Part shown: positions 39,504 to 43,978 of the stretch, one piece after another
How the letters are laid out: every line of letters begins with the position of its first letter
Position numbering within the stretch: position 1 is the first letter of the stretch
Source of the DNA: a virus
IMG/VR virus record: IMGVR_UViG_3300021387_000103
Location: 1-43,978 of that record
Reading direction: 5' to 3' (one strand)
DNA: 43,978 nucleotides
Position numbers and translations under genes: made by a program
The notes under the pieces: model-generated
What the model saw: only the letters and a program-made list of their open reading frames with translations
Databases searched by the model: none
What the model was told of the DNA's origin: nothing

Positions 39504-40622
39504 TTAAGGCGTGACTTCTTGTGTGTTAACAGGATTGTCGGTTCCATTAACGACCTCAACAGGCGTTGCGAACGGATTGGCATTGCCCGGGCTTGCCAAT
39601 TCGACCTTGATAACGGGGTTGGCCACCGTTGTAGGATCGGAATTGTAGGCGACAAGGAATGCGACATCGACGCTAAAGCCGAAATATTCCTTGACGTTGC
39701 AAACCATATCGGCGGATGCGGCTCCGGCGATTGTGGACTGATCGCCAACGGCGGTGTAATAGTGCGAACCGACAGGAAGGTCGATGAAAGGAAGGCGAAC
39801 GACGTCCCACTCGTGGAAGTTGGCACGGGTGCGGGCAAGGGCTTCGCGGTCAACGCGGGTAAGGACGCCCACGTTACCATCGGCCACGATGTAACCGGTT
39901 GCGAAGATGCCGGAACCGTTCACAATATTGTTGGTATAGTGGAACACTTTGTTGTCGTATTCCAAACGCTTGTTGACGTCGTTATAAATGTCGTGTTCGG
40001 CCATCTTGCGCACAAGTGAATCGAACCCGGCCCCGCCGATGACGTGCAACATTTCGGGATATGCATTTGCACGCATAATCGCGTTCATGTCGGAAAGGAA
40101 TTCCATACGGGCGTTCCAAGGAATTTGCACGGAATTGGACGTGACGGTGTAGTACAACGAATCCTTGAACACTTGGGTTTTGTTCGCTTCAAGGGCGGCA
40201 ATTGCTTGGACGTCCATTGCGGTTGCAAGGGCGCGGCAAACCTTTTCCATCTTGCGGGCAAAATCGTGTTCATAGGAAATTTCGTTGTTCCTGTAAAGTT
40301 GGGGAACCATCGTGAAACCGACGGAAAGCGTTACCCAATTGACGGTGTAAAGCGCGGATGTATTTTCGTCGTCAGCAATGACGCATGAACGGACGTTGGA
40401 AACGGTAACTTCGCCATCATAGTTAATGACGGGGATTTGAACGGTGTTTCCGATACTCTCAAATGCGCGATCACGCAAATTGGGGTTGATGATTGAATTT
40501 GCGGCGTTGGTTTGCTCAATGAAGAAATCCAATGCGCCATATTCCAGCGGGCGGGCCATGTTCCGGTCGAACTCGGGATTTTCGACACGCCAATTTTGCA
40601 AACGGGTTGCGAGTAATGACAT
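39504..40622 (-). CDS. major capsid protein
   Basis: 372 aa. Follows a scaffold-like coiled-coil protein, has its own leader element and is followed by a strong terminator. No sequence motif verified. Confidence 0.7.
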   Translation of the reverse strand: MSLLATRLQNWRVENPEFDRNMARPLEYGALDFFIEQTNAANSIINPNLRDRAFESIGNTVQIPVINYDGEVTVSNVRSCVIADDENTSALYTVNWVTLSVGFTMVPQLYRNNEISYEHDFARKMEKVCRALATAMDVQAIAALEANKTQVFKDSLYYTVTSNSVQIPWNARMEFLSDMNAIMRANAYPEMLHVIGGAGFDSLVRKMAEHDIYNDVNKRLEYDNKVFHYTNNIVNGSGIFATGYIVADGNVGVLTRVDREALARTRANFHEWDVVRLPFIDLPVGSHYYTAVGDQSTIAGAASADMVCNVKEYFGFSVDVAFLVAYNSDPTTVANPVIKVELASPGNANPFATPVEVVNGTDNPVNTQEVTP

Positions 40623-40651
40623 AATGAAAAAATTTTGATTGTTAATATTTC

Positions 40652-40728
40652 CCGGATTGACCCTTTACCCGGTGTTGTTTTCTTAAAAACGCCCGCAAAG
40701 TATGCATCTTGCGATTCGCCTTGCGGGC
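40652..40728 (-). promoter_or_regulatory. terminator-like hairpin GCCCGCAA-22 nt-TTGCGGGC-G-U5 (40685..40728), then leader hairpin with loop TAAAGGGTCAA (40652..40672), upstream of the capsid gene
   Basis: Read on the minus strand. The loop and the following AT-rich spacer resemble 912..959. Confidence 0.45.
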
Positions 40729-40736
40729 TTATTTCT

Positions 40737-41693
40737 TTAGCGGATTGGCAACGCTTTAATCACGTCTTTATTGGCTTTCCAAGCATCCGCCATTGCGTCG
40801 GAAAACTCTTTTGAACCATTGATCTTGCCTTGCGACATCAGTTGTTTTGCAATGATTTCGTGGGCTTCATCTTGGGTTCGTGCGCCGGAAATGTCAACGG
40901 TTCCGGAACCGCTACCACCACCAGCGTTTCCACCTTGCGTTCCCGCGCCGGTCTGCTTGCGGCCGTCGTCAATAACGCCCATTGTTTTAAGTTCCCGGGC
41001 CACCAATTCGGCGGCGGTATATGGACGCAAATTGTTGTCGGGGTTGCGCAATGTTGTTTTATTTTCGTCATTAAACGCCAGCACCTTGCCACCGTTGCCA
41101 TCGTCAATAAATTCCGGGTTCATGCCCTTAACCTTGGCAATGGCTTGATTCAGCAAAACGGACGTTACGGATGCGGGCAAATCGGCCTTAAACTTGATCC
41201 CGGCGGTTGCCTTTGCAAATTCATTGTCCAATTTCATCCCGAAAAGGGCCTTTTGGTGTTCAGATTCGGCGTTGTCAAACTTGGTTTTCAACGTGGCATA
41301 TTCGGATGTCACATTGGCCAAATCGGCATTTGCCTTTTCCAATTGACGCTTTGTTTCTGCATCCGCGCCGCCTTTGGCGATAACACCTTCCAAGCGGGTT
41401 TTCTCTTTTTCCAACTCGGAAACTTTGGTTTGCAATTCGGCGGCGTTACCCGCTTGACCCTTGATTTCGCCGATAACCCTTTTGGCGTAATCATAGGTTT
41501 TTTCGGTTCCATTCTTGGCGATTCCGGACGCGGCCAAAATGTCAGCATCCAAGCCACCATAAATTTCCCCGGTCTTTTGACCAATAACGGCGGTTTCGTC
41601 ATTCTTGGACATTTCGACAATCGCGGATTTCTGTTCATCCGTCATGCCGGACAATGCGGCATTGGCGTTCAATAATTCAATTGTTAGTGCCAT
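40737..41693 (-). CDS. putative scaffolding protein
   Basis: 318 aa, Ala/Lys/Glu-rich and coiled-coil, with a Gly-rich linker GGNAGGGSGSG. Lies between portal-side genes and the capsid gene. Confidence 0.6.
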   Translation of the reverse strand: MALTIELLNANAALSGMTDEQKSAIVEMSKNDETAVIGQKTGEIYGGLDADILAASGIAKNGTEKTYDYAKRVIGEIKGQAGNAAELQTKVSELEKEKTRLEGVIAKGGADAETKRQLEKANADLANVTSEYATLKTKFDNAESEHQKALFGMKLDNEFAKATAGIKFKADLPASVTSVLLNQAIAKVKGMNPEFIDDGNGGKVLAFNDENKTTLRNPDNNLRPYTAAELVARELKTMGVIDDGRKQTGAGTQGGNAGGGSGSGTVDISGARTQDEAHEIIAKQLMSQGKINGSKEFSDAMADAWKANKDVIKALPIR

Positions 41694-41754
41694 AATTCTT
41701 TCCCTTTGAATTTTTGGTTGGTTGTTGTTCTCTTAAATTCGTTCGCCAAAATGA

Positions 41755-42219
41755 TTATTCATTCTTGGCTGGACGTCCCGGTTTCTTTGCGGGTTGTTCC
41801 GTTTCGGCCTTATTGTCGGCGTTAGCGGCCTGTTCGGCGGCTTCACGTTCGGCAAGTGCTTTGGCAACGGCGGCGGCAACGGCCGCATCGAATTTTTCTT
41901 GGTCGGCCTTGGCCTTGGCGGCGGCGGCTTCCTTGGCGGCCTGTTCGCGCTTGGCGGCCTGTTCTTTCAACCACACGTTCGGGTCGTGCAAAATCGTAAT
42001 GGTGTAACCCTGTTTCCGCAAGGAATCCGCAACGTGGGCTTCAAAAATCTTTTTGCCGAATTTTTGCACCCGGGGCCGGGAAATACGCTTGCCGGTTTTC
42101 GGATCGAATTGTACGACCTCAATAACGGCGTGGTAGTCTTTTTCTTCGCCCTTTGGAACAATGTAATTTTCGGCGGTCAACTTTTCAATCGGGGTATCGC
42201 GCCCGTCCTTTGTAATCAT
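41755..42219 (-). CDS. head-module protein with Ala-rich coiled coil and AT-hook-like C-terminus
   Basis: 154 aa. Ends ...AETEQPAKKPGRPAKNE. Confidence 0.55.
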   Translation of the reverse strand: MITKDGRDTPIEKLTAENYIVPKGEEKDYHAVIEVVQFDPKTGKRISRPRVQKFGKKIFEAHVADSLRKQGYTITILHDPNVWLKEQAAKREQAAKEAAAAKAKADQEKFDAAVAAAVAKALAEREAAEQAANADNKAETEQPAKKPGRPAKNE

Positions 42220-42240
42220 ACGTAATTTATGGTTTATTGG

Positions 42241-43923
42241 TTAAACTTGGGCCGGAACCGGGATTTGTTCATCAGCATATCGCCGGAATTCGGCCATAAT
42301 TGTTTCAATCTTCCGTTGGTACGGTATCGCGTTTCCAAATTCCAAAATATTTGTGTTTTCGCGTTCGAACCGACGCACAAAATTAGGAAAGTTTAACTTG
42401 ATGCGCAAATCCTGTTCAGACACAAGATTTTTGGAAAATAACTCGGACACTTCGACGCGGGACAAATGGCGGAATGGTTCAAGTTCGGCCAAAATCAACA
42501 TTCGTCGCAATTGCGTTGGGTCGTTACGATATTCGGTTTGCAAGATTTGGTTCTGCATCATATCCAATTCGGATTCCGACGCGCCCGCATCCTTTGCGGC
42601 CCTGTATCGCTTGCGCAATTCATCCGGCGAATAAAGATAGAATTCTGTTCCGTAATTGATCCGGGCGGAAAGGAAATAACGGCCATAACGCAAACGGCAA
42701 ACCGTTTCGTCAACCCATTGTTGGGCGGCCTCAAATCCTTTCTTTATGCGGTTCAATACAGTCGTAACACTTTCGAAATTGGCTTGTACTTGTTGTTCGT
42801 TAAAAGCGTCCCTGTTTGTTACGATTTCATCTTGGCTGACAACGGCCGTAATGATTTCTTCGCGCAACCTCTTTTGTTCCTCAACGTTGTAGTCAAGCGC
42901 GCCGCGATCAACTGTCAACATCTGAACAGGGTTGCGCAAATCCGGTTGGTTTTCATCGGCGTTTGGAACGGGAATTTCAACGAATGATCCCGCCCCGATT
43001 ATCCTTTTGTTGCCGCATTTCGGGCAACGCATAAGCAAACCGGCCATGTCCAAACGATAATGGCCTTGTTTGTCCCTCAAAAAACCGCCGTCGCAATAAT
43101 CGCCGTTTTCGGCGTTCGAAAAATCGCAACTTTGTTCGTACCCGGAAAGAATAGGATAAGCACCCATCAAATCCAATTGACGCTTGGATATGTGGAAAAA
43201 TTCGAACCAATCAAGGCTTTCCAACTCTTTTGACAACGGCGACGCCTTGACATCCGGTTCATCCAAAGATATGGGTTCATTCCAAAAGAAACGGGCCGGG
43301 CAATAGCCCAAATCGTGCGTTGCTTCGATTTCGGGCATTCCGTTAATGCGTCCCGTATGCTTTTTGTCGTCCCAAACCCTATATGAACCATCGTCCAGCA
43401 CCACAATTTTGTCACGGCGACGGAAAACAATAAAGTCCATAACACCCGTTGTCGGGTCGGCCTTGTATGTTATCACGTCGTCAATCGGGAGCCAATAAAA
43501 GTATGGTTCGGGCAATTCGGTCGTCTGTTCCCGGGCAACATCCACGATCAAGACGGAATTGATTTCAGATTTGAAAAATTCCCATCCTTTCGTGGCCCAT
43601 ACGTCAGGTTCATTCAACTTTGTTTGCCTGTAATTTTCCCAATCATCGCGTTGCGCTGAATTGACGAACTGATAATTGAACGCCGGGTTGCGGCCATCGA
43701 AAATGCGGCTTAACTTATCAAAGCATGTTTCCGTTATCTCGTTTGTTTTCAAGGGATAACGGAACAATGCTTTGAACAAAACGAATTTGTCATGCGGCAA
43801 GATATTTTCAACCATCGCCAAAAATTGGGTCAATGGGATGGAAATATACGGCGCGTTGAAAGACGTAACCCGCTTGACCGTGTGAAACTTAATGCGCATT
43901 TGATGCAATTTCGCACGGGACAA
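42241..43923 (-). CDS. portal protein
   Basis: 560 aa, first large gene after terL across the circular junction. Size and position are typical of portals. No motif verified. Confidence 0.7.
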   Translation of the reverse strand: MSRAKLHQMRIKFHTVKRVTSFNAPYISIPLTQFLAMVENILPHDKFVLFKALFRYPLKTNEITETCFDKLSRIFDGRNPAFNYQFVNSAQRDDWENYRQTKLNEPDVWATKGWEFFKSEINSVLIVDVAREQTTELPEPYFYWLPIDDVITYKADPTTGVMDFIVFRRRDKIVVLDDGSYRVWDDKKHTGRINGMPEIEATHDLGYCPARFFWNEPISLDEPDVKASPLSKELESLDWFEFFHISKRQLDLMGAYPILSGYEQSCDFSNAENGDYCDGGFLRDKQGHYRLDMAGLLMRCPKCGNKRIIGAGSFVEIPVPNADENQPDLRNPVQMLTVDRGALDYNVEEQKRLREEIITAVVSQDEIVTNRDAFNEQQVQANFESVTTVLNRIKKGFEAAQQWVDETVCRLRYGRYFLSARINYGTEFYLYSPDELRKRYRAAKDAGASESELDMMQNQILQTEYRNDPTQLRRMLILAELEPFRHLSRVEVSELFSKNLVSEQDLRIKLNFPNFVRRFERENTNILEFGNAIPYQRKIETIMAEFRRYADEQIPVPAQV

Positions 43924-43978
43924 TGTGGCGGAACGCTTATTTTCCGCGATTTCCTTTTTGATCTTTGCGACGTCGTAA
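43872..43978. repeat. Terminal direct repeat copy 2, identical to 1..107
   Basis: See copy 1. Confidence 0.95.

Noticed and set aside
1-43978. CRISPR array, diversity-generating retroelement, retron, integrase/attachment site, transposase
   Set aside because: I found no regularly spaced direct repeats, no reverse-transcriptase-like ORF or template/variable repeat pair, and no tyrosine/serine recombinase or transposase motifs in any ORF. The only mobile-type gene is the free-standing HNH endonuclease.

Overview
The window is a complete tailed dsDNA phage genome: 43,871 bp of unique sequence closed by an exact 107-bp overlap (1..107 = 43872..43978). It therefore assembles as circular or terminally redundant. 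I call about 70 protein genes, all but one on the minus strand, plus two tRNAs.

Reading the minus strand in descending coordinates:
- 24140->20300 is an accessory/early region. It has four near-identical strong promoters, many intrinsic terminators, small ORFs, a free-standing HNH homing endonuclease and the only plus-strand gene.
- 20300->12440 holds regulation, recombination and replication genes: an XRE-like HTH, a RecB-family nuclease, a PAPS-reductase-like protein, a winged-helix replication initiator with internal iterons, and RuvC.
- 12440->3300 holds tRNA-Gln and tRNA-Leu, an SMC/Rad50-like ATPase, a DnaQ-like exonuclease, SSB and an ASCH protein.
- 3300->1078 holds terminase small and large subunits.
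- Across the junction, 43923->24141 holds portal, scaffold, major capsid, tail genes, a 1203-aa tape measure, a tail fibre and the lysis cassette.

I found no integrase, reverse transcriptase, CRISPR array or suppressor tRNA. Promoters match the Bacteroidota TTTG-N19-TAnnTTTG consensus and start codons have A-rich, SD-less upstream regions, so a Bacteroidota host is inferred.

The most unusual signal is non-coding. A four-copy promoter-proximal two-hairpin 5' leader shows compensatory stem changes. Extra stand-alone hairpin copies sit 14-20 nt upstream of start codons. Several promoter - short transcript - terminator units lie immediately in front of or between genes. Together these suggest an RNA-based read-through, attenuation or stability system. 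All functional calls come from motifs read by eye; no database searches were run.
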